Below, piece after piece: positions 45,280-56,732 of a DNA stretch of 56,789 nt. This DNA comes from an uncultured virus (IMG/VR IMGVR_UViG_3300030376_005178) (taxonomy: Duplodnaviria > Heunggongvirae > Uroviricota > Caudoviricetes). Positions within the stretch are counted from its first letter, which is position 1. Every line of letters starts with the position of its first letter. The translations under genes and the position numbers were made by a program. The notes under the pieces are model-generated. The model made no database searches. It saw only the letters and a program-made list of their open reading frames with translations, and had not been told where the DNA came from. The DNA lies in the IMG/VR virus record IMGVR_UViG_3300030376_005178; one strand, 5' to 3'.

Positions 45280-48200
45280 TTAAATTGTAATGATTCTCCA
45301 ACCTTGAGAGTTGTCATAGAATACAAGTTCAAACGCAGCACCTTCAGTATTAATTGTTAGATCAGAAGCGTCACCCATAATTGGTTTACCATTTCTAGCA
45401 ATTGTCAATGCGTTTGAATCAAATGTCTTGGCAACATCAAAGATTCTAACAGTATCACCCTTCGCAGGAGATGCAGGTAGTGTGATAGTGAATCCACCTG
45501 AGTTTGTATCACAGAATGCTTGCTGTCTGTTAGCAAGAGTAGTACCGTTACCTGACACATCCAAGTTAGAATATGCACCTAGAGGTAACCAATCACTACC
45601 ATTGTAGAATTCAAATCCGTTTGCGTCAGTGTCATAGCGTAGACCACCTTCTAGTAGATTACTACCAGTAGGTCTTCCTGCCTGTGTTCCACGAGGAGGA
45701 ACTATGATACCAGATGTGGCATCCATGTTACCTCTTGTTAAGAATCCACGAACTGCTTTCTCAGTAGGTGTTGCGAGGTTAGAGTCGCCACCCATTGTTT
45801 CATCAGATGAGAATTCGTTAATCGCTTCACCAATCTGACCACCGATAGCACCCAATCGTAGTTCTGTCAAACCAGAAAGGTTGAATGCGGAAGCGTCCAA
45901 GGTAGCAGCACCAGTTAACTGGTTAACAGAGAAGTATTCTCCAACTCTGAAGTTACCTCCTTGGTCTGTTGATACAAAGAAGATCTTACCAGTATTTCTA
46001 ATGGTAGTCTCATTACCCTGAGAAGCATTGTTCTCGTTAACATTAGGGTAATTAGTTTCAGCTGTGTTACCTACACCAATTAGTAGGAAGTCATGACCAG
46101 TAAGTCTCAATTTAGAGAACTTACTTCTCATTGTAAATTCTTGTTGGTCGTTACCTGCAGAAGGAGCACTTCCTTTTCCAGGAGCGATAGTAACAGTAGC
46201 ACGACCAGTACCAGTTAAGATAGCATCCGTAGATGTCTTACCTATACCACCGACCATACCAATGTATCCATGATCACCCGTGTAAGTAGATGCTTCTGAT
46301 GCACCTGTAGTATTCAAGCACTGGAAGACAAGAGTTGTAGATCCAGATCCTGTAAGGACTTTAATTGGATGTCCTGCAATTGGGTCAGTTACTCTTGGAT
46401 ATGCAGTAGATGATATGTTACCATCCTTAGCACAAGTGAAGCAAAGTGATCCAGTTCTAAGTCTAAAGTATTGACCGAATGTTAATCCGTGAGCACCAGC
46501 AGTGTATGCAGTTACAATACCAACATTAGGATCATAGACCGCCTGGTTGATAGAGAACTTACTACCCTCAACATAATTTGTTTGTGTTCTAACGATGTAA
46601 GTATTGGAATCGGAATATCCCATACCAACTGTTGTGAATCCAATTGCGTCTCCCACTACAGGAACCGTAGTTAATCCAGCAACTTCAAGAAGAATATCTT
46701 TTTGTCCAGCAATTGATCCAGAACCAGCAGCGATTCTAAAGTATCCAGTAGCACCTGCACCAACGGAATCAAGTTCAACATACTCACCATCGATGAAGGT
46801 TGTAGTACCAACACCAACAGCACCGTTTAATGGTAGGTTACCAGATCCAGTGTTACCAAATCCTGCGTTGTACTTAAAGTACAATGCATCAGCAGCAGTC
46901 TGGTCATTAGTTACAGTACCACGAGCACCTGATACAGTACCACGCATCGTTGCACCAACTGCAATCGTACCAGCGTAAGTACCAACAGTTGTTGCCATCT
47001 TATCACCATACAGTTTCGCTGGTCTTGCAATCTCATGAGTAGAGAATCCAGTAGCAACTGCACCGTAGGTTCCATAAGAGTTGTTACCTGATAGAGATCT
47101 GATCTCAGATCCATCATCAGAGAAGTAACCGAATGAACAGTAGTAAGTGAAGCAAGATACAACTTCAGCAACAGCGTCATCTTCTAGCATGAATCCAACA
47201 CCATCAGAATGGATGTTAGTAAATGCATCAAACACCATCGATTTGAATCCACCACCTTCAGGGTTCAAGTGATGTTGTCCACCTTCTATAAGGATACCAA
47301 TTGCACCACCATGTCCAGTGCCATCCTTGGCAACATCAGAGAATGATGTACAGTCTTTAATATATGGTGAGCGAGTTAGAATAGATTCATCAGGGTTAAG
47401 TCTTACAAATACACCACAAGCAGTAGTACCAACACCAACCTTGTGTTGCATCACATCTGTATTGAAAGGATCATTGGTATCATAAGCAAATCCTTTCAGA
47501 CCCTTCATGGTAATCGCCTGAATCGTTGTAGCGTCAGACACATAGAACATCGTTGAACGATCATTCGGTGTGACACCATCAGTTGATATACCAGCAGCAG
47601 GTTGAACTGTTGAACCTCTTAGAACATCACCAGCAATGGAGAAGTTCTTAGGTAGAACGATAGGTAGCTGCTCATTGAACACACCAGCAGATAGTTTTAG
47701 TACAACTGGAGCAGCGTTAGTGACTTGGTTAATCGCAAGTGGATCAACATTAAGTGCAGGTTGTGGATTAGAATAAGTGTGTGGGATTGTTGAAGCACCA
47801 ACACGAGTTACGAACTGTCTATCACTATTAATACCAGAGATAGAGAAGTAGTAACCTTCTAAACCTGATGGGAATACAGTACCTAAACCGAAGGAAGGAG
47901 CACAAGTAAAGTGCAATCCAACCAATTTGATTTCACCACCGACAAACATACCGTGGTTCTTCACGGTAGAAATCGTTACAATACCTGTTGTGTTATCATA
48001 AACCGCATCAGCAATATCCAATTGTGGATTTGTTGATGTAGATGCATAAGCAATGGTTGCGAATGCAGCGTCTGGAGATTCTCCAGAGAATGTATTATTA
48101 CCTTTCTGTGCGTCAACATAATAAACTTTAGTTCTCTTAGCAGCAAATTCCCACTGAATTTCATCAGAAGTACTAACCTGTAAGAATGTACCTTGAGTAC

Positions 48201-49329
48201 CAATACCTTGTCGTGTTGGACCTGTACCGTTTCTTGTGAGTAAGTCACCCTTAGTGGTTAGGAGTGCTGCACTATCACCAATAGCAAATGCTTGCCATCT
48301 AGTAGGATCACTACCAGGATTTACATTAACATTGGTAGAAGCAACAGAAACATATGCAGATGATTGAAACTCTGCTAAGTCTCCTATTTCATAGTAAGTT
48401 GTTGTGCTATAAGCACCTGTCCAGTTAAAACCTGACTGAACTAGTGACCAACCATTAACACCCTTAGCATAAGTTGTGTTAGCTATTCCAGTTGGACGCT
48501 GCCAGTTATCAATGAACAGTGAGTCAGCCTGATAAGTGTTACCACCAAATCTTACAATCTGACCTTTAGAATATTGTTGTGTCTCATCCCAAGGATCCTG
48601 ACCACCAGTACCAATACCTAAGTTAAGGAACTTCCATGAGGTCTCATCTTGGTTAGGTTGTGTGTTAGCTGGGTTAGTACCAATAGCAACATAAGTAGCA
48701 CCCTGCCACTCAACAACATCTCCTCTTTCATATCTTGTTGTTGCTATGTACGATCCCTGAGCATCAAGACCAGTAGCAAGCTGTTCAAAGTTTTGCTCTG
48801 GTGGATAGAATGCATCACTACCAGCAGGAGTGACAGAACTCATGCCTGGTGGCATTAAATCTGATGCTACTTGGAATGGTGCAGTACAACGATACTTTCT
48901 TGGACCAAAAGAAATTACATCGTTAATACCATAATAAGTATCAGTAGCAAATGATCCTACAAATCTAAGACCTTCATGGAATAACTCCCAGTTACCAGGG
49001 AAATCTCCTGAGTACCATGCACTAGCAACACCTGTAGATGTGTGTTGGTTAGTACAGATGTATAAGTTACCACCTTCCCTAACAATATCGTCAGGAACAT
49101 AAGAATAACCATACTGTAAAGTACTTAAGTTATCAAAACCAGCTGTATGAAGTTGCCAATTGGCAGCGTCGTTGCTGAAGTTGTTAGCTAAAGCTTCTGA
49201 TGTGTGGTTACCCACGCAGACATATGAGTTCGCACCAAATCTTATAATGTCATCTATGACATATGCAGTGGAACCTGTCCAGTCCCCACGCCAGTTGAAC
49301 TTCAGTCTGCCAAGTCTAAATTCTGCCAT
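45280..49329 (-). CDS. Long tail fibre/virion protein with carbohydrate-binding-like repeats
   Basis: MAEFRLGRLKFNWRGDW start, repeated W..TY..GDVV..GG.TY motifs, beta-helix region, and C-terminal TLPASPAKGDTVRIFD baseplate-attachment-type domain. Confidence 0.75.
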   Translation of the reverse strand: MAEFRLGRLKFNWRGDWTGSTAYVIDDIIRFGANSYVCVGNHTSEALANNFSNDAANWQLHTAGFDNLSTLQYGYSYVPDDIVREGGNLYICTNQHTSTGVASAWYSGDFPGNWELFHEGLRFVGSFATDTYYGINDVISFGPRKYRCTAPFQVASDLMPPGMSSVTPAGSDAFYPPEQNFEQLATGLDAQGSYIATTRYERGDVVEWQGATYVAIGTNPANTQPNQDETSWKFLNLGIGTGGQDPWDETQQYSKGQIVRFGGNTYQADSLFIDNWQRPTGIANTTYAKGVNGWSLVQSGFNWTGAYSTTTYYEIGDLAEFQSSAYVSVASTNVNVNPGSDPTRWQAFAIGDSAALLTTKGDLLTRNGTGPTRQGIGTQGTFLQVSTSDEIQWEFAAKRTKVYYVDAQKGNNTFSGESPDAAFATIAYASTSTNPQLDIADAVYDNTTGIVTISTVKNHGMFVGGEIKLVGLHFTCAPSFGLGTVFPSGLEGYYFSISGINSDRQFVTRVGASTIPHTYSNPQPALNVDPLAINQVTNAAPVVLKLSAGVFNEQLPIVLPKNFSIAGDVLRGSTVQPAAGISTDGVTPNDRSTMFYVSDATTIQAITMKGLKGFAYDTNDPFNTDVMQHKVGVGTTACGVFVRLNPDESILTRSPYIKDCTSFSDVAKDGTGHGGAIGILIEGGQHHLNPEGGGFKSMVFDAFTNIHSDGVGFMLEDDAVAEVVSCFTYYCSFGYFSDDGSEIRSLSGNNSYGTYGAVATGFSTHEIARPAKLYGDKMATTVGTYAGTIAVGATMRGTVSGARGTVTNDQTAADALYFKYNAGFGNTGSGNLPLNGAVGVGTTTFIDGEYVELDSVGAGATGYFRIAAGSGSIAGQKDILLEVAGLTTVPVVGDAIGFTTVGMGYSDSNTYIVRTQTNYVEGSKFSINQAVYDPNVGIVTAYTAGAHGLTFGQYFRLRTGSLCFTCAKDGNISSTAYPRVTDPIAGHPIKVLTGSGSTTLVFQCLNTTGASEASTYTGDHGYIGMVGGIGKTSTDAILTGTGRATVTIAPGKGSAPSAGNDQQEFTMRSKFSKLRLTGHDFLLIGVGNTAETNYPNVNENNASQGNETTIRNTGKIFFVSTDQGGNFRVGEYFSVNQLTGAATLDASAFNLSGLTELRLGAIGGQIGEAINEFSSDETMGGDSNLATPTEKAVRGFLTRGNMDATSGIIVPPRGTQAGRPTGSNLLEGGLRYDTDANGFEFYNGSDWLPLGAYSNLDVSGNGTTLANRQQAFCDTNSGGFTITLPASPAKGDTVRIFDVAKTFDSNALTIARNGKPIMGDASDLTINTEGAAFELVFYDNSQGWRIITI

Positions 49330-49341
49330 TGTTAGTAGTCT

Positions 49342-49692
49342 CTATACAGGTCCAGAGTATGTGTGTGATCCATTGACTTGAAGGACAAGATATCCGTCAG
49401 AATCTAGGAAATAATTTATGTTTCGCCTATCGTAGCGAATCTGTTGATATTTATCCATTGGATGATTGCTTGCAGCTTTCTGCTCAGTGGTTTCTTCCAC
49501 ATAATCTTGGTAGTCGCCGAAGCCTTCTACCTGAGTACCATCCAATCTAAATGGCTCAAAAGTTTCAGTTGTTGATGCAGTACTCACCTTAGTAAGATGA
49601 AGCATATCAGCATCGTCACGCCTTAAAGCGTAGACATAGTAACCTTTTGAGTCCTTCGGTTGGAAGTGTGAATTACTTAACGAGAGTGCCAT
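49342..49692 (-). CDS. Virion structural protein
   Basis: YALRRD...YQQIRYD...YFLDSDGYLV motif, in the fibre operon. Confidence 0.6.
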   Translation of the reverse strand: MALSLSNSHFQPKDSKGYYVYALRRDDADMLHLTKVSTASTTETFEPFRLDGTQVEGFGDYQDYVEETTEQKAASNHPMDKYQQIRYDRRNINYFLDSDGYLVLQVNGSHTYSGPV

Positions 49693-50156
49693 TAGCTAAC
49701 AATGCTCCAATAAGATCCGTTCCATAAAAGCATAACAGTGATCGTAGAAACATCTAAAATTAGAGGTGGTTCCTCTATATTTCCGAGTGCATCCCGAAAT
49801 TTATTCACAGCGTCAGTGATAATAACATTATTTATATGCCAGTTGTTTGCCGCATCATGGATCTCAATGCTATCTCCAACCGATAAACCAACGGTGGGCA
49901 TCGAGAAAGTTAATTCTCCAGAAGTTGTATCAATAATATACCGTTTATTAACAACAAACGCAGCAGATGCTGATTGATAGTTCCAAACTGGAACAGCACC
50001 AGTAGCAGCAGATGCAACGGTCTCGATGTTATCGCCACTTCTAATGTAGATCTTTTGGTCTACAATATTAATCGCCATCTCTCCGTCTTGGAGATCGGAC
50101 AGACTTGGAATCTGTCCGATGGTAGTACTTCGTTTTGGCTTAATTGCGGTAGGCAT
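49692..50156 (-). CDS. Virion structural/fibre-associated protein
   Basis: IKPKRST...LQDGEMAINIVDQKIY fibre N-terminal motif; ATAAATA upstream near 50182. Confidence 0.6.
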   Translation of the reverse strand: MPTAIKPKRSTTIGQIPSLSDLQDGEMAINIVDQKIYIRSGDNIETVASAATGAVPVWNYQSASAAFVVNKRYIIDTTSGELTFSMPTVGLSVGDSIEIHDAANNWHINNVIITDAVNKFRDALGNIEEPPLILDVSTITVMLLWNGSYWSIVS

Positions 50157-50187
50157 TATCTAGGCTTAGACGCTTCCAAGTTATTTA

Positions 50188-50669
50188 TCAGAAGTAATTA
50201 ATCGAAAGAACGACTCTAACTTTTTGATCTGTACATGTTGAACTATTATGCGGCTTTGATCCGTCAAATAATACTACTCTGTTTTCAACACTCTCAACCT
50301 TAGTACCATCTTCAAACTCAGTGTATCCATTATTTGTATTGAAATAAAATACAGCTGTCTTATGCTCAAAGTTATAATCAGTATGTTTCTCATGAACAAT
50401 CTGCTTTCCTTGGTTAACATACAACAATGCTCTAGCTCTAACCAAAGCATTCATCTCTAACTGCTCAAAGAAAGGAATACATTCCTGATAAAATGAACTC
50501 TTAGGAGCATACTCTTCATAGATTCTATGAGTAAAATAAAAATGTTCACTCTGATTCTCACCTAAGTTAGCAACCTCTGCCTCATATAGCCATGGAAAAT
50601 TATGTCCCATTACACTGTTTTGCAGATGCTCAAAATAATCATGCGGTAAATAGTTTTCAATGACTTCCA

Positions 50670-50670
<1 letters not shown>
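50188..50670 (-). CDS. 2OG-Fe(II) oxygenase-like protein
   Basis: HTD...FYFNTNNGYT...FDGSKPH.SSTCTD...RVVLSINYF. Confidence 0.7.
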
Positions 50671-52039
<1,369 letters not shown>

Positions 52040-52046
<7 letters not shown>

Positions 52047-52585
52047 TTTTCATAGAGGGCAAAATAGCCACGAAGATACGGTAATTCATTACTATAAAAG
52101 TATGTATCCTTTAACAAAGAGCATTGAAATCCAAGATCGATATAAAGATCTTCCAATTCCTCCTCACGAAAACGATAAGGAGCATTAGGTTGATCGAAGA
52201 AAGGATTGCATCTAATCTCATAAGGACTAAGAACCTTTAATAGAATAACACTGTCATCATGAGTGATATTCTCAATGGTATCAAAGTATCCATCAACTCT
52301 ATCATCACGAATAAGATTGTGAATCAATCCTCTGTCTATAATAAAGTCATACTTTTTATTCAACCTAGAATTTAAAGCATCATCAATAATAAAATTACCA
52401 ATAAAATACTCCAAAGTATTTTGAATATCAGTTCCTGTGACATCAAAACCACTTTGTTCTAAATTATAACATAAAGATCCATTACCACACCCAAGTTCTA
52501 TTATAGAATAGTCCTTTGAGTTTTTAAATCTTTCAAAGAATTCTTTATAATCCTTATCAAAATCATAGTAATCATATACATTCAT
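52040..52585 (-). CDS. Class I SAM-dependent methyltransferase
   Basis: IIELGCGNG, VTGTDI and YDFIIDRGLIH motifs. Confidence 0.8.
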
Positions 52586-52587
52586 AT

Positions 52588-53103
52588 TTAAAATGCATTA
52601 AGTACTAATGGTAAAAGTTGATGCTCTGCCTGTTGTATTGCTCGCTGCAATGACTCAGCATTATCACCAGGAAGAATAGGTACTGTCTGTTGCTTTATTA
52701 TAGCACCAGAGTCAAGATGTTCGTTAACAAAGTGAACAGTACACCCTGTCTCATCTTCACCTGCTGCCATTGCTTGCTCTACAGCATGTAGTCCCTTGTA
52801 CTTAGGTAACAAAGATGGATGGAGATTGATAATCCTACCAGCAAATTCATCAGTAAATTTTTTAGATACTATCCTCATCCATCCTGCCATGACAATCATA
52901 TCTACTTCATATGCATTAAAGATCTTAATAATATCATCCTCATCCTTACTATAAACACAAGGTATGTCTAATCTTTCTGCTCTCTTCGCTGCTTTAGCTT
53001 TCTTTTTATTGTAAACCATAAGCACCACATCATGCTTAGGACATGAGTGTACTATGTTCTCAAAGTTGCTTCCGTTTCCAGAGCACATAACTCCTAGTCT
53101 CAT
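52588..53103 (-). CDS. purN: Phosphoribosylglycinamide formyltransferase
   Basis: SGNGSNF, AGWMRIV, NLHPSLLPKYKG and GCTVHFV.EHLDSG motifs. Confidence 0.95.
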   Translation of the reverse strand: MRLGVMCSGNGSNFENIVHSCPKHDVVLMVYNKKKAKAAKRAERLDIPCVYSKDEDDIIKIFNAYEVDMIVMAGWMRIVSKKFTDEFAGRIINLHPSLLPKYKGLHAVEQAMAAGEDETGCTVHFVNEHLDSGAIIKQQTVPILPGDNAESLQRAIQQAEHQLLPLVLNAF

Positions 53104-53273
53104 TACCCTCCTCCAAAATCGTATTGGTTATTAGTTATAAAGTCGAGGTAAGCATACCAATCGACTTGTTTACATTCATGGATATTAATAGCATCATACA
53201 TTAGATCAACAGTATTGTGATGAGGAAATATAGGATGCTTACAGGTGTATTCAGGTACAACAAATAATCCCAT
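53103..53273 (-). CDS. Small hypothetical protein (56 aa)
   Basis: Not in the track. MGLFVVPEYTCKHPIFPHHNTVDLMYDA..., TAATG-coupled at both ends. Confidence 0.55.
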   Translation of the reverse strand: MGLFVVPEYTCKHPIFPHHNTVDLMYDAINIHECKQVDWYAYLDFITNNQYDFGGG

Positions 53274-53602
53274 TAGTAATGATCCTCCAGTCCTTCTTGT
53301 GGTTCAGGTTTCCAATCCTTACCATAGTATTTCTCTAATATATTATGGTGTGGAGCACGATCAAGTTGCTCTTGTGTAAATTCAATCTTAGGTGGAGGTG
53401 GTGGTGGAAACAATTCCATCTGTATACCATGTGCCTCCCAAAACCATTCTTCTGGATCCTCTCCTTTCATATGAGTAAACCCATAGAAGGAACCATCCTC
53501 TCTCACATATAACATGTGATGGTCATGAGGATTGAGGAGCCACATCTTACGAAGTTTGTCGGTAGGTTTGTAACCTATCTCTTCTTTAGTTAGTTTCTTC
53601 AT
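53273..53602 (-). CDS. Hypothetical protein
   Basis: 109 aa ORF in the operon. Confidence 0.6.
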   Translation of the reverse strand: MKKLTKEEIGYKPTDKLRKMWLLNPHDHHMLYVREDGSFYGFTHMKGEDPEEWFWEAHGIQMELFPPPPPPKIEFTQEQLDRAPHHNILEKYYGKDWKPEPQEGLEDHY

Positions 53603-53825
53603 AGAAATCGTATGGTCCTTCTAATTTCTTTTGATATTCTCTCTCATCCAGAACCTCATTAATCAATGCCTTCAGTTCTATCTTTAACTGAGGTTCAATC
53701 AAAGGTAATGGTGTAGGAGTATATGATGGATAGATTGGTTCACCATTTTCATCTCTGGGGTACACATTATCTGTGCATCCTTCAACTGACTCACCACTCA
53801 ATCCTTGGGTATCTATTTTACTCAT
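53586..53825 (-). CDS. Hypothetical protein
   Basis: 79 aa; ELKALINEVLDERE motif. Confidence 0.55.
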   Translation of the reverse strand: MSKIDTQGLSGESVEGCTDNVYPRDENGEPIYPSYTPTPLPLIEPQLKIELKALINEVLDEREYQKKLEGPYDFYEETN

Positions 53826-53905
53826 CTGTGAGGGTTATAAACATACAAAACAATCAATGTGGTAGCGATTGTTACGATAGTTATAAGAGTAATAATATGG
53901 AGCAT

Positions 53906-53931
53906 AAAAAAAGGGGGTCGTTTGACCCCCT
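53906..53931 (-). terminator. psbA Rho-independent terminator
   Basis: AGGGGGTC-AAAC-GACCCCCT followed by a T-run on the - strand. Confidence 0.85.
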
Positions 53932-53957
53932 CATTATAACAGATATTTAATTGTCTA

Positions 53958-55040
53958 TCAACCAACAGCAGGAGCAACGAGTGCAACTTCACTGGTCTCA
54001 GCAGCAGCCAAGTCTAGTGGGAAGTTGTGAGCATTACGCTCGTGCATTACTTCCATACCAAGGTTTGCTCTGTTTAGAACATCACCCCATGTAGGAACAA
54101 CCTTACCAGATGCATCAACAACCGACTGGTTGAAGTTGAATCCATTCAAGTTAAATGCCATCGTGCATATACCCATAGAGGTAAGCCAGATACAGATAAC
54201 TGGGAATGAAGCAAGGAAGAAGTGAAGACTTCTACTGTTGTTGAATGATGCATACTGGAAGATTAATCTACCGAAGTATCCATGAGCAGCAACGATGTTG
54301 TATGTCTCTTCTTCTTGTCCAAACTTATATCCGTAGTTCTGAGAATCTAAACCTGTTGTCTCCCTGATCAGAGAAGATGTAACAAGTGATCCATGCATAG
54401 CACTGAAGAGTGCTCCACCGAACATACCAGCAACCCCTGCCATATGGAATGGGTGCATTAAGATGTTATGTTCTGCTTGGAATACGAACATGAAGTTGAA
54501 TGTTCCTGAGATACCTAAAGGCATTCCGTCTGAGAAAGAACCCTGACCGAATGGGTATACCAAGAATACTGCGAAGGCAGCAGATACTGGAGCAGAATAT
54601 GCTACACAGATCCAAGGTCTCATACCTAAGCGATATGAAAGTTCCCACTGTCTGCCCATGTAAGCAGAGATTCCTATGAGGAAGTGGAAGATTACCAACT
54701 GGTAAGGACCACCGTTATACAACCACTCATCGAGTGATGCAGCTTCCCATATAGGGTAGAAGTGTAATCCAATTGCGTTGGATGATGGAACGACAGCACC
54801 AGAGATGATGTTGTTACCATACATGAATGAACCTGCAACAGGTTCACGGATTCCGTCGATATCGACAGGAGGAGCAGCGATGAATGCTATGATGAAGCAT
54901 GTAGTTGCTGCGAGTAAGCATGGAATCATTAAGACTCCGAACCAACCAACATATATTCTATTGTTAGTTGAAGTAACCCACTCACAGAACTCAGACCATC
55001 CAGATAGCAAGCCTTGCTCTCTACGAGTAATACTTGTCAT
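53958..55040 (-). CDS. psbA: Photosystem II D1 protein
   Basis: Unmistakable D1 sequence ([12 protein letters not shown]...[13 protein letters not shown]); 360 aa, no intron. Confidence 0.99.
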   Translation of the reverse strand: MTSITRREQGLLSGWSEFCEWVTSTNNRIYVGWFGVLMIPCLLAATTCFIIAFIAAPPVDIDGIREPVAGSFMYGNNIISGAVVPSSNAIGLHFYPIWEAASLDEWLYNGGPYQLVIFHFLIGISAYMGRQWELSYRLGMRPWICVAYSAPVSAAFAVFLVYPFGQGSFSDGMPLGISGTFNFMFVFQAEHNILMHPFHMAGVAGMFGGALFSAMHGSLVTSSLIRETTGLDSQNYGYKFGQEEETYNIVAAHGYFGRLIFQYASFNNSRSLHFFLASFPVICIWLTSMGICTMAFNLNGFNFNQSVVDASGKVVPTWGDVLNRANLGMEVMHERNAHNFPLDLAAAETSEVALVAPAVG

Positions 55041-55064
55041 TGAAAAAAGATTGCGTTTTGAGAT

Positions 55065-55110
55065 TAGGTATGAAAAGACATTGTAACCCCTTGGTCTTGG
55101 TTAGGGGGAG
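55065..55110 (-). ncRNA. PhotoRC-II-like RNA motif in the psbA 5' leader
   Basis: CCCCT-AACCAAGACCA-AGGGG hairpin whose loop AAGAC can pair with downstream GTCTT(TTCATACC) as a pseudoknot; upstream of psbA. Confidence 0.65.
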
Positions 55111-55137
55111 TATTGGATGAGGATTTCCTCACCGATA

Positions 55138-55171
55138 TATTTATTATATACTTTTGTTAAGTTTTTGTCAA
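55138..55171 (-). promoter_or_regulatory. psbA composite promoter (sigma70 plus overlapping late motif)
   Basis: Perfect TTGACA(55171-55166)-17 nt-TATAAT(55148-55143), overlapping ATAAATA. Confidence 0.8.
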
Positions 55172-55181
55172 GTATCAAATG

Positions 55182-55355
55182 TTACTCTTGCATTACACTA
55201 CCATTTCTCCATCTACAAAGATAAGATATAGTATCAACTGTCTTAACATATGGAGTGGTTCCTTTTTCTAAAACATGTTCGATTGCAATCCGTTTTGCAT
55301 GTGTCATCTCTCGTGTATAAAAGATTGCTGGTTGCTCTCTACAGTCTCCACTCAT
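55182..55355 (-). CDS. Small hypothetical protein (57 aa)
   Basis: Not in the track. MSGDCREQPAIFYTREMTHAK..., with a TATAAT upstream. Confidence 0.45.
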   Translation of the reverse strand: MSGDCREQPAIFYTREMTHAKRIAIEHVLEKGTTPYVKTVDTISYLCRWRNGSVMQE

Positions 55356-55423
55356 AGGTATGTGTTGAATTCCTCATAATATATTATAACATTAATATTC
55401 GCTTTATATTTACAAACTTAACA

Positions 55424-55687
55424 CTAACCTTCCCAAATCATGTCAGGCATTGGTGTTTGCTGTCCTCTCATTGTAAACATAAGAATAATATATCCAACAA
55501 ACCATATGATGTTGAACAGCCATGCCTGTCTCCAGAAATATTTTCTCACTGCCATAGACCTAAGCACTTGAGGTGCTTTGTCTTGTGCTCTGAAGATGGA
55601 CTCAATAATAAATGCAATGATGCATCCTATCACTAGAGGATAGAATACAAAGTTTGCAAATGACATGATGCTGATTAGAAAAATCAT
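55424..55687 (-). CDS. Small two-TM membrane protein
   Basis: Two hydrophobic segments. Confidence 0.6.
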   Translation of the reverse strand: MIFLISIMSFANFVFYPLVIGCIIAFIIESIFRAQDKAPQVLRSMAVRKYFWRQAWLFNIIWFVGYIILMFTMRGQQTPMPDMIWEG

Positions 55688-55806
55688 TTTCTTTTGTCCT
55701 TAAGGACTGATTGAATTGCTAAGTGTTCTACTAACAGATATATCCACACTATACTTAATACTATTATACCAAACACTCTAATAGAACTAGGTGAGGTGTC
55801 TATCAT
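55684..55806 (-). CDS. Small single-TM protein (40 aa)
   Basis: Not in the track. MIDTSPSSIRVFGIIVLSIVWIYLLVEHLAIQSVLKDKRK, ATGA-coupled at both ends. Confidence 0.5.
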   Translation of the reverse strand: MIDTSPSSIRVFGIIVLSIVWIYLLVEHLAIQSVLKDKRK

Positions 55807-56123
55807 ATCCTTGGTATGTATCCTTTATACTTTTCAACCTGTGGTATTACATCTTGCTCAACCTTCTCCACAATCTGATCGATGATATTAACATCAAGAC
55901 CTGCGAATGGTGGAATGATACCAAGTATACGAAGTAATCCATCTACAAATAGTGCTAGACATGTGAACCCAAGGATCATGCTGATGATGGTAGCGTCTCT
56001 ATTATGCTTACGCATGGACTCTTCATCTATCGCTCGTGCTTCTGCTAATGCATCAGCAATCATTTTGTCTACTTCCCCCTTAGTATAAAAGTTACCTAAG
56101 ATAGGAATGTCATGTTGATCCAT
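55803..56123 (-). CDS. Conserved cyanophage membrane protein
   Basis: RKHNRDATIISMILGFTCLALFVDGLLRILGIIPPF. Confidence 0.7.
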   Translation of the reverse strand: MDQHDIPILGNFYTKGEVDKMIADALAEARAIDEESMRKHNRDATIISMILGFTCLALFVDGLLRILGIIPPFAGLDVNIIDQIVEKVEQDVIPQVEKYKGYIPRI

Positions 56124-56126
56124 AAG

Positions 56127-56333
56127 TTAATAATCATATTCATCAAGAACATCGAGTGCATTGTTGAGTGCTTGTTGTGCTGCCCATCTTTCCTTAGGTG
56201 TCCATTTAGGATACCAAGACTTAGTGTCAATGTCTCGCTTCAACTTTAACAGTCTAGCACTCATGTCAACTTTTTTCAAGCGTCCGTTCATATACTCAGG
56301 GTATTGTGGGAATTCTGCGTCCTGGGGTCTCAT
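56127..56333 (-). CDS. Conserved hypothetical protein
   Basis: GRLKKVDMSARLLKLK...AQQALNNALDVLDEY. Confidence 0.65.
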   Translation of the reverse strand: MRPQDAEFPQYPEYMNGRLKKVDMSARLLKLKRDIDTKSWYPKWTPKERWAAQQALNNALDVLDEYDY

Positions 56334-56353
56334 ATGGAGTACCAGTTGGTATA

Positions 56354-56470
56354 CTATATTATACCAAGAGAACCTGCAGTAATACCGATTGTCACCATAC
56401 CAAAAAATTCCGCTAGAGGCATATGCTCTGGAGGAATCGAGGATAATATTTGATTTGCTATTGATATCAT
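56354..56470 (-). CDS. Small hydrophobic protein (38 aa)
   Basis: MISIANQILSSIPPEHMPLAEFFGMVTIGITAGSLGII; ATGA-coupled to the upstream ORF. Confidence 0.45.
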   Translation of the reverse strand: MISIANQILSSIPPEHMPLAEFFGMVTIGITAGSLGII

Positions 56471-56541
56471 TGTAATACTAGCTGTCCGATATTACTATAT
56501 GCTGTAAGAATTAAGATGCATCCAAAAAATAAAAATGGCAT
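56467..56541 (-). CDS. Small hydrophobic peptide (24 aa)
   Basis: MPFLFFGCILILTAYSNIGQLVLQ; starts 2 nt after the upstream stop. Confidence 0.4.
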   Translation of the reverse strand: MPFLFFGCILILTAYSNIGQLVLQ

Positions 56542-56543
56542 GG

Positions 56544-56732
56544 TTATGCTCCAGAAGGTACTGCAATGGGTTGTGCTATTCGTATTCCTTTACCGCCGTC
56601 ATCATCGTTGTCATCATCATTAAATGCACGGAGTAATAGTTCTATCAACACAAGAGCAGCCATTGGATAGAACACCCAAAGGATTGCCATGAATGGTGAT
56701 ATACTGTCTGTTGCTCCTACGAAGTCCGACAT
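56544..56732 (-). CDS. Small single-TM protein with acidic tract
   Basis: AILWVFYPMAALVLIELLL...DDDNDDDGGKG; TATAAATA at 56755-56762. Confidence 0.65.
   Translation of the reverse strand: MSDFVGATDSISPFMAILWVFYPMAALVLIELLLRAFNDDDNDDDGGKGIRIAQPIAVPSGA

Noticed and set aside
33892..50201. Numerous 60-125 aa antisense or alternate-frame ORFs inside fibre and carbamoyltransferase genes
   Set aside because: They are fully nested in long, well-supported genes and have no motifs or expression signals.
53822..53905. 27-aa hydrophobic ORF MLHIITLITIVTIATTLIVLYVYNPHR
   Set aside because: It is ATGA-coupled downstream, but it starts directly at the terminator T-run with no ribosome-binding context; too weak to call.
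53958..55040. Group I intron or homing endonuclease associated with psbA
   Set aside because: psbA is uninterrupted and no endonuclease motifs flank it.
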